From a virus (Duplodnaviria; Caudoviricetes), in the IMG/VR virus record IMGVR_UViG_3300022592_000004, positions 1 to 63,735 of that record: a stretch of DNA of 63,735 nt; one strand, 5' to 3'. Position 1 is the stretch's first letter; every line of letters begins with the position of its first letter. Below, one piece after another: positions 39,256 through 50,618 of the stretch. The position numbers and the translations under genes were made by a program. The notes beneath the pieces are model-generated. The model did no database searches, was not told where the DNA came from, and was given only the letters and a program-made list of their open reading frames with translations.

Positions 39256-39789
39256 ATGACTGTATACGCAAAAGATGGTCTTTACGCGTTCGGTTCACTC
39301 GAGACCGTCGAAGTTCCTTCTGGCGGTCCAGGGTTGGCGAATGATGCCGTGGCCAAGGCGCCTGTCGGTATCCTGTATCGGCATCAGGGCGCGATCTATC
39401 GGTACGTCAAGTTCACGTCGCCGTTGGTCGCTGCCGTGGCCGGTGGGGTAACCTATTGGCTTGTTGCCGGACTGGATCCGGCGAACGGCATCTTCATCGC
39501 CACCAGCGACATCAGCACGGCGATCGCAGCGGGTATAAACCTGGTTGCTGGAGTGCTGGGCTGTGTTGTCACCGACGGAAACTACACCTGGATTCAGGTC
39601 GGCGGAGTCGTGACGGCCCTCACTGCGGCGAGCACCGCCGCGGGAGACATGGTCTCCTACGGGACCGACTCAACTTTCGGCCGGATGGTGCCTGGTTCCC
39701 AGGTCAACGTGAATTACGGCGTTGCTCTGGATGCCAGAAACACCACGAACGGGACCAACACGGTCTTACTCCAGAATCTGGCCTGGTAA
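39256..39789 (+). CDS. putative capsid cement/decoration protein
   Basis: follows capsid gene; YRYVKF...YTWIQVGG. Confidence 0.6.
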   Translation: MTVYAKDGLYAFGSLETVEVPSGGPGLANDAVAKAPVGILYRHQGAIYRYVKFTSPLVAAVAGGVTYWLVAGLDPANGIFIATSDISTAIAAGINLVAGVLGCVVTDGNYTWIQVGGVVTALTAASTAAGDMVSYGTDSTFGRMVPGSQVNVNYGVALDARNTTNGTNTVLLQNLAW

Positions 39790-39801
39790 GGGGGGCGACC
39801 A

Positions 39802-40059
39802 ATGGGAGCGATAACTCCAATTACCGGAAGCAAGATTCTCCTCAACAGGGGGAATCGAAATGAGGTCCTGGTGAAGTTCACGACCATTACGGACGGTGAC
39901 ACCTGGGACGCGGGTATGGGAAAAGTCGAGGTCATCCACGCGACAGCTGGAGCCTCCGGCTTCACCATCGGCGCAACCTACAGCGCGGGTACAGTAACCT
40001 TCCTTGTAGGAGGCGGTCCGGCAACCAATGTCATGGTTTCCGCAATAGGTCTAGCTTAA
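39802..40059 (+). CDS. small structural protein
   Basis: Gly/Thr-rich, 85 aa. Confidence 0.55.
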   Translation: MGAITPITGSKILLNRGNRNEVLVKFTTITDGDTWDAGMGKVEVIHATAGASGFTIGATYSAGTVTFLVGGGPATNVMVSAIGLA

Positions 40060-40063
40060 TCAG

Positions 40064-40101
40064 GCGGGGCTGGGATGCATGCTCCCAGCCCCGCTGACTT
40101 T
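40064..40101 (+). terminator. intrinsic terminator-like hairpin
   Basis: GCGGGGCTGGGA/TCCCAGCCCCGC followed by TGACTTT. Confidence 0.6.
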
Positions 40102-40118
40102 AAGCCTCGGAGTTTGCC

Positions 40119-41306
40119 ATGGCCGTCGTCGGCCCGATCCAGCCCTATGCTGGGGGCGGGGCGGTGCAGGAAAATTTCCGGGCCATGGTCGATCACATTC
40201 TGACCTATAACCCGGACTGCCCGCCGCAGCTTGCAAAGAGAAGAATCAATACCCGTCTGCGTCAGGTTCTCGATCGCAGAATGTGGGCTGGCCTGCTTGT
40301 CCGTGGCCAGATCGTTATACCTCCGGTCTACACGACGGGGAGCGTCCAAGTCCTTCAGGGATCAGATGTGATCACCGGCGTAGGCACGGTATGGCCGGTG
40401 AACGACCTTGTCAGCACCACCCTCTCAACCGCGATCACGATCGTAAATGAATATCAGGATGTCACTCCCGCCTCGATGGTGGGTATCGGCGCCGGAGACT
40501 TTGTCACCCTTGACGCTGGGGGAGCCAACGAAGAGTTTCTCCTCGTTATCAGCGTGGGGCTCGCAACATTCAAAGCAAAGCCCACCCTGATCCACAGCCC
40601 CGCGGAAACGATAACGAAGAGCTCCCTTGTGCGCCGGCAGTTTCGCGTGGGGACCACAACCTCTTTTTATGGGATCATCGGCGTCAGTTCCGCCACGAGC
40701 CTGAAGCTTGATTTGGTTTGGGGACATCAGGACTTCGGCCCTGGGGCCACCTACCAGATCATGCGGGCATACGTGTCCTTGGAGCAGAATCTCAGGATGA
40801 TCTGGTCGGTCGTCAACAATAAACAGGGCTGGCGCCTCAGACTGAACATGCCCCAGGAGGTCGTCAACACTTATGACGCCTGGCGCCAGACGACCGGATT
40901 CGTTTACATGATGATCGACTTTGTGCCAGACGAAATCGGACGGTTTCAGTATGAACTCTATCCGACTCCCAGTATGCAGCAGGGATTTCCTTACCTAGCC
41001 TACCGGACGGTGCCCAGCCTCGAAAACGACGAGGACACACCGCCGCCGGCGATTCCCAGCCACGTGCTGGTCCACGGTGCCTTGTCCGACGTGCTTAAGT
41101 TCAATCCCAAGAGCCCGTATTATGATCCCGCCACAGCCAAGGAGTTTGGCGCCCAGTTCGAAGCTGACGTGCTGACCGCGGCGATGTCGGACGACTCCGT
41201 CTACATGCAGAACCTTCAGTGGGCGTATAGCAGATATCCTTTCACACAGCATGGTGCCAATTATTGGCAATCTCACGACGTTGACTCAGTTTTTGGCTAT
41301 GTATGA
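40119..41306 (+). CDS. head-tail adaptor-like protein
   Basis: LYPTP...Y...L..D.D.P..IP..VLVHGAL pattern and position. Confidence 0.6.
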   Translation: MAVVGPIQPYAGGGAVQENFRAMVDHILTYNPDCPPQLAKRRINTRLRQVLDRRMWAGLLVRGQIVIPPVYTTGSVQVLQGSDVITGVGTVWPVNDLVSTTLSTAITIVNEYQDVTPASMVGIGAGDFVTLDAGGANEEFLLVISVGLATFKAKPTLIHSPAETITKSSLVRRQFRVGTTTSFYGIIGVSSATSLKLDLVWGHQDFGPGATYQIMRAYVSLEQNLRMIWSVVNNKQGWRLRLNMPQEVVNTYDAWRQTTGFVYMMIDFVPDEIGRFQYELYPTPSMQQGFPYLAYRTVPSLENDEDTPPPAIPSHVLVHGALSDVLKFNPKSPYYDPATAKEFGAQFEADVLTAAMSDDSVYMQNLQWAYSRYPFTQHGANYWQSHDVDSVFGYV

Positions 41307-41312
41307 GGAAAG

Positions 41313-41966
41313 ATGCTCGAAAAGAGAATCCTATGCTCCGTTCCGACCTACCACGCAGTTGAACCGCTACCCTTTGCGCACTTTCTCTCTGTCAGCCAGG
41401 AATCAGGCCGGGCCGAAGCGGTCGGCAAATATGAGATGCGCTGGTTGGTGGGGGGCCCCAAGGTAAAGACCCAGATTGTCAGAAACATGTCCTGCAAGGT
41501 TGCGCTCGACACCGACGCCACGCATCTGGCGTTCATCGACGATGACATGCTTCCGGATCCCAAGGATATCCTTGAGCGCCTGCTTGCGCACGACGTAGAC
41601 ATCGTGGCGCCGCTTTTCTTCAGATCCTCGGGGAATTTTGATCCCTTGGTTTTCAATCTGGACGAACTCGGAGAGCCGATGCCAATCCTGGACTATCCGA
41701 GAAACAAGCTCTTTGAGGTGACGGGCGGCGTCGGTACCGGGGTCATCCTAATAAACACCAGGGTTCTCAGGGGCATGTGCGATCCTTGGTTTTATTATCC
41801 TCCGAACTCCACCAGGTCCATGGATGTGCACTTCTGCATTCGCGCTATCGGAAATGGTTTCAGGGTCTGGTGCGACAGTTCGATCATCGTGAGACAGATG
41901 GGGCTGCCGAAGCCGGTCGGTGAGGATGATTTCCTGCGGAGCGGGAAGGTGTTGACAGCACGCTGA
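41313..41966 (+). CDS. GT-A fold glycosyltransferase
   Basis: THLAFIDDDM, GTGVILI, MDVHFC..A...GF.VWCD. Confidence 0.8.
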   Translation: MLEKRILCSVPTYHAVEPLPFAHFLSVSQESGRAEAVGKYEMRWLVGGPKVKTQIVRNMSCKVALDTDATHLAFIDDDMLPDPKDILERLLAHDVDIVAPLFFRSSGNFDPLVFNLDELGEPMPILDYPRNKLFEVTGGVGTGVILINTRVLRGMCDPWFYYPPNSTRSMDVHFCIRAIGNGFRVWCDSSIIVRQMGLPKPVGEDDFLRSGKVLTAR

Positions 41967-41990
41967 TAGAATCAGTCTGGAGGTGGATCC

Positions 41991-42950
41991 ATGTCAGATC
42001 AAAGGAAAGAAATCCCCAGGGAGCAGTGCCGGCCAGATCCGGAATTCAACCAGGCGCCCACGGGACACAAGATTCCAGACGGGCGCTCGCCGGACGACCC
42101 GCAGATGGCTTTTCACGTCCCGGATTGCGGCGTCAAGGCGGGCGGCCAATTCATCACGCCCTACGTCATCGACGAGAGGGATCTTCCAACCAAGGATGAA
42201 GACGACCGCAACCGACAGGGATTTTAAGGAGGCGAAATGGCTTGGGCGCTACTCGAAAAGGTTTTGGGTTCCTCTGCCGCTGAGCAGCTGACGACGGTAA
42301 GCACCAAGGCTTCTCAGTGCTTCATAGAACAGAAGCGAGCCAACGGTAACAAGATCGAGATTGGCGACAGCACCCTTGTGGCAACAAAGGGACTCGAACT
42401 TGTTGCGCCCACCTCGGGCCTGCCGCTGGACAAGGTACATCTCAAGGCTAAGGGTGGGGGAAGCCCGATGGACCTCTCAACGATCTATGTGATCGGAACG
42501 TCAAGCCAAGGCGTTAACGTGTATTACGAGATTTTCTAACACAGATCGTCCCGAGTTGCAGAGGAGATCCAGATGTCTAGGATCATCACAAACAAAGGTC
42601 TGGGGATCATCACAGGCAGGATCAAGGGAACCGGCACGGAGCCCCTGAAGATCGGCTGGGGCATTGGGACGACTGATGCTGCGGCCGGAGACACAACCCT
42701 GGAGACAGAAGACACGACCGGAGGATACGCTCGCGCCTCTGGCTCGAGCACCGTAACAACGACCTCGGTCACCGGAGATACCTATCAGGTCAGTGGATCG
42801 CTTACAGCCCTCGCAGCCCTGGCGATCACAGAATGGGCTCTCTTCAACACCGCTGGAGACATGATCTGTCGGGAGGTGCTCGTCCCAGGATTCTCTCTGG
42901 ATCCAGGCGACATCCTGAACTTCACCTTCAAATTCCAGGACATTCGGTAA
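41991..42950 (+). CDS. three small genes (41991-42227, 42237-42539, 42573-42950 tail-fibre N-terminal-like)
   Basis: RBSs; IGWGIGTT...DTTLETE...ITEWALFN. Confidence 0.6.
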
Positions 42951-42959
42951 GGAGAAGAA

Positions 42960-44024
42960 ATGGCTCGATATACAACTCTCTCCTTCACATCGGCCTCGAT
43001 CGGCGCAAATACCTCCCTGGTGATCAACCAGGCAATCCTGAGCGACATCATCAACGTCTACAAGATCAAGGTCACTCAGGGAACGCCGGGGGGAACCACT
43101 CAGGTGTCGATCTTCAAAAAGTCGACAGCCCTGGCTGCAGATCTGATCTACAACACCGTGGCCTTCGCCGGCGATCTTGTTGACCCGGTCAACGACGACG
43201 GCTCGAATCCTGTGACCGAGGTGAACGAGGGATTCCTGTTCCCCTACGAGGATCTGGACGCTGGGAAAAAGCTTCACATCAAAATCTTCAACAACGACTC
43301 TGTCGGCAAAACCTTTGCCATCGAGATCGTCTATGAGGAAATGGTGATCTCCGTCGGTACGCTTTTCACTGACTTCACTGACACCAAGTTCTGGGTGCCG
43401 GTTTATCCGCCGGCTCCATGGGGCACACTCGCTTTCAACGGGAGCAAGCAGGCCGTCCTGACAAGCAACGCAAACGCCCCAAACAAGGGCGGCGCCGGCG
43501 GCATGTCCGCACGGTTCCGGCTCTATCCGGATGCGACGACATTTGAGCTCAAGATCAGAGCCAAATTCATCAACATGAATCTTCCGCTCAGAGCGGCTCT
43601 CAACCAGGATCAGCGCTGGGGTCTCATGCTCGGAACCATCGGAATCACTTACAACGGCGCCGCGATCCACGTAAAGGACACATCAAACACGGTCGAGGTC
43701 CTGACGATGGCTATCGACAGCGGCGTCCTTGCGGACCTGGAAGCGCTCGCCATAGGAACGATCGCCGCCTCGCTCGAGTTGAGACTGACCATTGGCGCCG
43801 ACCCGAGCGGAACATTCAACTTCGGCAGCCTGCTTTTCGAATACAACATCGACGGCGCCGGATTCGTTACGCTCACACCGTCGACGTCGCTTCAGTTTAA
43901 GACGGCTATCGTTGCCGGCCTGCGGCCATTCATCGGTGTGATGGCCAATGGAGCCAACTCCAATACCTTTGGGACATTGAGCGAATTCGAGGTCATCGAG
44001 GGACTGATCAGCCTGGGTCAATAG
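42960..44024 (+). CDS. virion structural protein, paralog A
   Basis: beta-rich; aligns with the next gene over its length. Confidence 0.65.
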   Translation: MARYTTLSFTSASIGANTSLVINQAILSDIINVYKIKVTQGTPGGTTQVSIFKKSTALAADLIYNTVAFAGDLVDPVNDDGSNPVTEVNEGFLFPYEDLDAGKKLHIKIFNNDSVGKTFAIEIVYEEMVISVGTLFTDFTDTKFWVPVYPPAPWGTLAFNGSKQAVLTSNANAPNKGGAGGMSARFRLYPDATTFELKIRAKFINMNLPLRAALNQDQRWGLMLGTIGITYNGAAIHVKDTSNTVEVLTMAIDSGVLADLEALAIGTIAASLELRLTIGADPSGTFNFGSLLFEYNIDGAGFVTLTPSTSLQFKTAIVAGLRPFIGVMANGANSNTFGTLSEFEVIEGLISLGQ

Positions 44025-44026
44025 CC

Positions 44027-45124
44027 ATGTCGAGATACAAGACGGTCACCGCCAGCCAGACAGTGGGTGCGTTTGCCACGGTCATGGTAAATCTGCAACT
44101 GTACCTGAGCGAGACCGATATCTTCAAACTGAAGGTCGTGCCCAGTATCGGCGGCGGCACATGCCAGATATCTGTCTTTAAGAGGGCCACTGGACTGCCG
44201 GCCGATCTGGTCTATGAGACCGTGGAATTCTCCGGCACCCTAGTTGATCCAGTTGAAGATGATGGCGGCGGAGTTGTCTTTGAGAGAAACGAGGGCTTCG
44301 TATTCGCCTACGAGGATCTCGACGGGACCGGCCAACTGCACCTCCAGATCTACAATAACAACGCGGCATCCAAAACCTTCACCATCACAGTGATGCACGC
44401 GCAGGAAATCCAGGGATTCGGACACTTCTCCCGCGGTCTCATGACGGATTTCATCGATCCGGATTTCTGGGATATAGTATTTGCAACTACCCCGATGGGA
44501 ACAACGGTCGGCAATGCACTCCAGCAGATCGTAACCACAACGCCACTGGATGCGCCGAACCAGGGGGGAGCCGCCGGGATAAGTTCGAACTTCAGAATCT
44601 ACCCGGATCCGCTTACCACGAGGATCGTGATCAGGTCAAAATTTGTGGATGTCACGATCCCCCTGCTACATGCACTGGATCAGTTCCAAGCTTGGGGCAT
44701 GTACCTCTTGACCATGGGGCAGATGGCTCGCGGAATCGCTTATGCCACCGGGCCGCTTGTTGGCATAATCAACAACATCGGGCAAGTTTATAATCCAACG
44801 ATCGATACGACGGACATCAGCCAGATCTTTTTCAGCTACCATGAGCCCGCTATTTCTGCGGGGACGCTTGAGTTTCGTTTGACCTTTGGCGCATCCATAG
44901 GCGCGGGCATTAACTGGTTTGGACTTCTGGACTTTGAGTTCAACGTCAATGGATCCGGATGGGTTAGCCTTGGCAACTACAACAACGGAATCAGCTTGTA
45001 TTACTCCACCATTGACGGGTTCCGGATCTTCCTGGGGCTGCAGTCCACGGGGCAAAATGCCGGATGCACGGCCGCGATCGCGGAGTTTGAAATAATCGAG
45101 GGTCTGGTGGTGATGGGGCCATGA
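44027..45124 (+). CDS. virion structural protein, paralog B
   Basis: shares LVDPV.DDG, NEGF.F.YEDLD and APN.GGA.G motifs with paralog A. Confidence 0.65.
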   Translation: MSRYKTVTASQTVGAFATVMVNLQLYLSETDIFKLKVVPSIGGGTCQISVFKRATGLPADLVYETVEFSGTLVDPVEDDGGGVVFERNEGFVFAYEDLDGTGQLHLQIYNNNAASKTFTITVMHAQEIQGFGHFSRGLMTDFIDPDFWDIVFATTPMGTTVGNALQQIVTTTPLDAPNQGGAAGISSNFRIYPDPLTTRIVIRSKFVDVTIPLLHALDQFQAWGMYLLTMGQMARGIAYATGPLVGIINNIGQVYNPTIDTTDISQIFFSYHEPAISAGTLEFRLTFGASIGAGINWFGLLDFEFNVNGSGWVSLGNYNNGISLYYSTIDGFRIFLGLQSTGQNAGCTAAIAEFEIIEGLVVMGP

Positions 45125-45810
45125 TCAGGACGGTTGGAAGAACTTATCCGAGACAGAGTCCCTATCGAAGCGCTCCTTTTGATCCGGCGGCGGAAGGACA
45201 GGGAGATGGAGATAGAATTGCTCCGCTTCCGTTCCAGAACATCCAGGCCGGCGGCGGCTCCGTCACTTCGCCGTATACGTACAAGCAGATCTTCCAAACG
45301 GTGGTGACCAAGGTTAGCTCCGGAGGAGGAGCTGCGGTCACGATCGGCGGATGTAGCACAACGGACAATCTCTTCTGCGTGCCGACAGCGACGATCTCCA
45401 TCGCTACCAGGCCGACGGCATCCATAAGGTGCTCTATAACATAAGGGGGCGCAACTGTGACAGACTTCACAATAACCAGAGGAGACACAATCGGTCTCAA
45501 TGTCGCTGTGTCGGCGGGAGGAACAGTCTATCCCCTTGTCGGCGTGAAGATGTGGTTCACAGCCAAGAACTCCTACAATGACCCCGACTCCTCGGCAGTG
45601 TTTCAAAAGACGATTGGCAGCGGCATCGTGATCACAAACACGACCCTGGGATTGGCGACAGTGACGATCGATCCGACTGACACATATGGACTTCCTAGCT
45701 CGAAAACGCTTCTTGTCTACGATCTCCAGGTGGAGGACGCCAGCGGAAACGTCTATACGGTGGCTTCGGGAAATCTGATAGTGCTCCCGGACGTTACTAG
45801 GTCAACATAA
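45121..45810 (+). CDS. two structural genes (45121-45444; 45457-45810 BppU N-terminal-like)
   Basis: ITRGDT...FTAK...YDLQV...G...V..DVTR. Confidence 0.6.
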
Positions 45811-45824
45811 TCCAGTGAGAGACG

Positions 45825-47179
45825 ATGGCCACGACCGCCCAGATCATAGACCAGGCAATCCGGAGACTCTCCGAGCTCAGCACGAGCGCACCGGTGCACT
45901 GGACAAGGCAGGAGCTTACTGACTATCTCACGGAGGCCGTGAACGAACTCAACCTCATCGCGGCCGAGATCCAGACCACGGAACCTATCTCGACGGTCAA
46001 CGACATAAACGTCTTCGACCTTGGCGACTCCACGATCGCCCCTATGGCCATCAGCGTCGACGGCTACTATCTCCAGAAGCAACCCGTTGTCGAACTTGAT
46101 AATGAAATGGATTGGGAAGCTGACGACCAGGAGCGCATGAGGATTCAAAACTGGTCACCGCTCGGCTTGCAGAGGATCATCATCGCACCCCGCCCGATCA
46201 CCCAACCGACGACCCTGATGGTTGAGGAACTCTCGCTTCATCCCCCGATCTCGGACAGCAGCATGACCCTTAGCATTCGCCCGGAATACGAATCGGCGAT
46301 CGAGGATTACATGGTGCACCGAGCGATGTTTCGTGAGGGCGGACCTGAGATAGATCAGATGGAACCCTTCTATGGAAGATTTCTCGACCAGGTCCAGCAA
46401 CTGAGCGGTCGGAACATAATTCGGCGCTATCCCGCCTGGGATGTGGAGCCTGAAACCAAGACCTCGGATACGACGCTTCCCGCATCCACGGACCCGGGGG
46501 CTAAGCAATGACGACCGTAGGGGATCTTCTCACGAGGGTTGCAAGGGACCTGCACCAGAAGGACAACACCTTCAAGCTGGGCCTCGAGGCTCCCTACTGG
46601 AGTCCCAATGAAATGATCGGCTACGTGAACTATGTCGAAAGGGATTTCCTTCGGCGTACCGGCATTCAGATATTCGACATCGCTCAGGTAATGGGCGCGG
46701 GCAGCACGATAGCTTTCACAAAGCCTGTCGGAACGATGGACATCGAGAGGCTCAGCTTCAACAAGGTGCGCATGAGGCGCCAGTCGGTATGGGACCTGAC
46801 TCGGGAAAACCCAAATTGGAGGAACAACCTTCCAGGGCGGCCGCGGTATTGGCACGAGGATCACCTGGGCGTGAATAACCTCGAGGTGGATCGTCGACCG
46901 GCTGCGGGTGGCACCCTTCGCTTTTTTGTGAGTATGGTGCCGCCAGTGCATGCCGCCTACCCGGGTGGATACATTGAAAACATCAGCGTCATCGATTGCT
47001 GGGAGCCATACATCCGCTGGGATGTTCTTTCGCTCGCGCTCGGTAAGGATGGCGACTTCCAGGATGTGAAGAGAAGCGGATACTGTCACCAGAGATACAT
47101 GCTGGGCGTCTCGCTCGCAAAGCGTCTGGTGCAGTCTACCGGGGCTCAACAGGGACAAGTCCCTCAACAGGCAGGGTAA
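45825..47179 (+). CDS. two paralogous adaptor-like proteins (45825-46511, 46508-47179)
   Basis: MxTxxxxxxRxxxxL...W...E...Y.N/T pattern in both. Confidence 0.6.
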
Positions 47180-47180
47180 G

Positions 47181-50100
47181 ATGGCGGAAACGACTAAATC
47201 CATCCCCGTGACATTCGCGAATACCGGCCTGGTTCTGAAGTCCTCGCCGGACGAGATCCCGATCACTGCCTACACAAAGCTCGTGAACATGTTCACGGAT
47301 CTGGAGAACTCCATCTCCGTGCGCAACGGATTCACGCGCCTGAATGACGGCCTTCCGACGCCACCGCACTCTTCGTATCTGCTCAGGGACTATCAGGGCA
47401 TCATCTGGCGCTACGCCATTACAGGATCGAAGCTATATATCGCTCAGGTCTCTCCGGTCACGGGAGTCTTCTCCCCTGTACCTGGGGGAGATCTGCTGTC
47501 GGCCGCGGACGATCCTCGAGCGATGTTTGGTAATTACACGCTTAACGGCGCCGAGATCAAGCCCTACATCTTTCTGGCCGATGGCAAAGCACTCCTCAAG
47601 CATCCTGGGGGATCGGCGCCGGCCAGGCGCGTAGGCATTCCAATGCCGGCGTCTGGGCTTGCCGCTGTGGCACTCGGATCTCCCAGCCTTACCTCCATCG
47701 AAGCCTTCGAGGATTCCACGGATTGGACCCCGACCGATTCGTCTGTGTCGACGGTGACAGGAGTAATAAGCGACGCCGTGGAGATGGATGTCACCGGCGC
47801 TTCGGTTCTGGGAACAGCCTACAAGGCTCTTGACCTCACCACGATGGATCTCGACAACACCAAACTCGACGAGCCCATCCAATTCTATGTTCAGTTTCCC
47901 TTCCAGGCCGATCTGGCAAACTGTCAGGAAGCTACGATCGAGTTCAATCTGAGCACGACGCCGTCGGACGTGTCCTTCCTGACTATCATGAGGGCAACGA
48001 TCGACCTCAGCGTAGTCAGCCCGGGTGTCTGGAGTCTCCAGCAGATCGCCAAGAAGGCGTTTACATTCCAGGGCGTCGACCCTTCGCTGAACTGGTCCAA
48101 TGTCACTGCCATACGCATCGGTTTGCTTATGAGCGATGCGCCGATCGCGAATCCAGATCGCGGCGGCGCGCTGGCTTCGGGAATAATTTGGGACGAGTGC
48201 AACCTGAATGTCGACGGCGGCGTCTCTGCAGATGCACCCGACTTGCAGTGGACTTTTACCTATTACAACTCAAGGACCGACACGGAGAGCGATTTTGCAA
48301 CGCCAGTGTTTGGTCCTCAGTCCGGCGCGGTTGGCTACGCGCTTTTTGATCTGACGTTTCCGATCTGCCCGCTGACAACCCCGCCGCTCGCGGATCCCGA
48401 CAAGATCCGGATCTATAGGATGGGAGGTACGATCGAGCAGTTCCAGCGCGTGGATGAGATTCCGTATACGCCTGGCACCGCTCCTCCCGTTTATCACGAC
48501 GGCACACCGGATGAGCAGCTTGGCGATGTCCTCGAGCTGGATAACCAACTGCCAGCGGACGCCGTCTTAGGCCTGGAATTCTCCGACAACAGGCTCTGGA
48601 CGTGGGGAGGAACGGTCACCGATTCTCTGGGCAATGTCGTTCCCGAGCCGCCAAATAGGCTGAGATTCTCAAAAAGAACACGCGTCGAGCTCTTTCCGGC
48701 CGAGAACTATATCGCCGTGGGCACGGGATCCGAGGCTATCCAGCGCGTTCTCGAGCATGACGGGGAGCTATTTGTCTTTACTCTGACCAGAGTTTATCGC
48801 GTTGTCGGCAGTGATCTGACCAACTATCAGGCTCCCTCGACCGCGGTGAACCAGGGACTCATGAGTCCCTTTGGTGTTTGCCGCGGAACACGCCAGCTCT
48901 TCATGTATTCCTACGACGGCGTATATGAGTTTCCGTCCGGAACCAAGGTAAGCGAGCCCATCAACCCGGTCTTCTTCGGGAAGACCATCAATGACTATCC
49001 GCCGATCCAGAAGGGAAGAGAGCACGAGATCGCGATGTCCTTCTGGAATTCCAAACTCTATTTCAGCTACCCGATGACCAGCGACCCAAGCATTCGAAAC
49101 GATGCCATGTTTGTGTGGGATATCATCTACAATCGCTGGCACTTCTATCTGTACGGCTGCCAAGGACTCTATACGGAGCCAGAGACCAAGATTCTGGGTG
49201 GCTCGAACATAACCCAGTGGGATGCCTTTGTCGACGGGTTGCCAGCAGACTTTGCCAACGCCGGCGCATGGGTCATGCACCTGGAAGATGGTTTCTTTGA
49301 TCAGTGCGAACAAGAGAACCGTGGAATCTTTTATGATATGGGCACCAAGGAGTTTGACCTTGGTTTTCCCGATCAGGAGAAGAGATTTATCGACTATGTC
49401 GTCGATGCCAATACCGGCGGCTCCGCGCTCATCCTGCTGGTCGTCTTTGACGGCACCACAAGGGAAACCCTCGGAACAATCCGAACGACTCAGCGTGATC
49501 AAGTTGTGTTTCCGGTGCTCGTTGGCGAGGGCGAGGGATTTCTGGCGCGGCGCATCGCCATCACCATAATCGGACGTCAGGACGCCGCGGCAACGTCATC
49601 GATCCAGCTATACAAAGTGATTCATCGAGTGCTTCTGGAGCCGATGAAGCACCGGATGTTCGTCACGGAATGGTCCGACTACGGAACGCCAAGTCCGAAG
49701 TTTTTCCGCGAACTCTGGGTTGAGCTGGATACCTTCGGCTTTCCTCTCGATCGCATCGAGGTCCAGATCGATCAGGCGCTTGGCGCGGTAATCCAGGCCA
49801 ACACGTTGGCAAACGGAAGACAGAAGTTCTTCTACGGGCTGCCTCCGGATCTCCGCGGCACGCTGGCACGACTCAAGATCGTTCCCAAGGGCGAGAATGA
49901 GGTGAAGCTCTGGGATCACAACTTCCAGATGCAGGCCGAGCCACCGTCGGTCAACACGTATCAGATGCCTTGGTCCGAGGAACAGTGGCCCTATCCTAAG
50001 CTTTGGAAGGAAGTCGTCTTTGACATCGACACGAACAATAGTTCGATTGATTTCGATTTCTGGCTGGATGGATCCATAAAGCAAAGCTTTTCCATTCGCA

Positions 50101-50609
50101 CCCAGGGCCGGCGCCTGATCACAAAGTCGCTTGATCAAGATCTCTTTGGCAAGCTCGGACGCGTCACCGTCGACGAAAGTTTCCTGGATCCCTTCTGTTG
50201 CCTGCCGATTGGTGTCAGGATTTACTCGATCCGTTACGTGATTGACAAAGACCCGGCAGACGTGACCTTCTCCGACACTTACGAACAACTCATGTCCTAC
50301 GATCGCACGAAGATCATCAGGCGGTTCTGGCTCGCCATGAAGAATCCGGATGCCGATGTAACCATGCAGTTGTACGTTGACGACATCCTCGCTTCCACTA
50401 AAACCATCCCGATCGATGTCAGGCCCACGGGGCACAGCAAGAAGCGCGTCGACCTCGAGAGCGCGATCGAGGGGCGGCTTGTCCGAGCCTTCTTCACGTC
50501 GCCCTTTCCCTTCCAGCTCTACTGGGAGAAGAGCGAAATCGAGATGAAGGGAACCAACCCCGAAGACGGCTACGGGCGGTATAAACTCGCTCCGCCTCAA
50601 ACCATGTGA
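47181..50609 (+). CDS. tail nozzle / stabilisation protein (podovirus-type)
   Basis: 1142 aa, beta-rich with propeller-like repeats; follows the adaptors. Confidence 0.6.
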   Translation: MAETTKSIPVTFANTGLVLKSSPDEIPITAYTKLVNMFTDLENSISVRNGFTRLNDGLPTPPHSSYLLRDYQGIIWRYAITGSKLYIAQVSPVTGVFSPVPGGDLLSAADDPRAMFGNYTLNGAEIKPYIFLADGKALLKHPGGSAPARRVGIPMPASGLAAVALGSPSLTSIEAFEDSTDWTPTDSSVSTVTGVISDAVEMDVTGASVLGTAYKALDLTTMDLDNTKLDEPIQFYVQFPFQADLANCQEATIEFNLSTTPSDVSFLTIMRATIDLSVVSPGVWSLQQIAKKAFTFQGVDPSLNWSNVTAIRIGLLMSDAPIANPDRGGALASGIIWDECNLNVDGGVSADAPDLQWTFTYYNSRTDTESDFATPVFGPQSGAVGYALFDLTFPICPLTTPPLADPDKIRIYRMGGTIEQFQRVDEIPYTPGTAPPVYHDGTPDEQLGDVLELDNQLPADAVLGLEFSDNRLWTWGGTVTDSLGNVVPEPPNRLRFSKRTRVELFPAENYIAVGTGSEAIQRVLEHDGELFVFTLTRVYRVVGSDLTNYQAPSTAVNQGLMSPFGVCRGTRQLFMYSYDGVYEFPSGTKVSEPINPVFFGKTINDYPPIQKGREHEIAMSFWNSKLYFSYPMTSDPSIRNDAMFVWDIIYNRWHFYLYGCQGLYTEPETKILGGSNITQWDAFVDGLPADFANAGAWVMHLEDGFFDQCEQENRGIFYDMGTKEFDLGFPDQEKRFIDYVVDANTGGSALILLVVFDGTTRETLGTIRTTQRDQVVFPVLVGEGEGFLARRIAITIIGRQDAAATSSIQLYKVIHRVLLEPMKHRMFVTEWSDYGTPSPKFFRELWVELDTFGFPLDRIEVQIDQALGAVIQANTLANGRQKFFYGLPPDLRGTLARLKIVPKGENEVKLWDHNFQMQAEPPSVNTYQMPWSEEQWPYPKLWKEVVFDIDTNNSSIDFDFWLDGSIKQSFSIRTQGRRLITKSLDQDLFGKLGRVTVDESFLDPFCCLPIGVRIYSIRYVIDKDPADVTFSDTYEQLMSYDRTKIIRRFWLAMKNPDADVTMQLYVDDILASTKTIPIDVRPTGHSKKRVDLESAIEGRLVRAFFTSPFPFQLYWEKSEIEMKGTNPEDGYGRYKLAPPQTM

Positions 50610-50618
50610 GGCTAAGCG

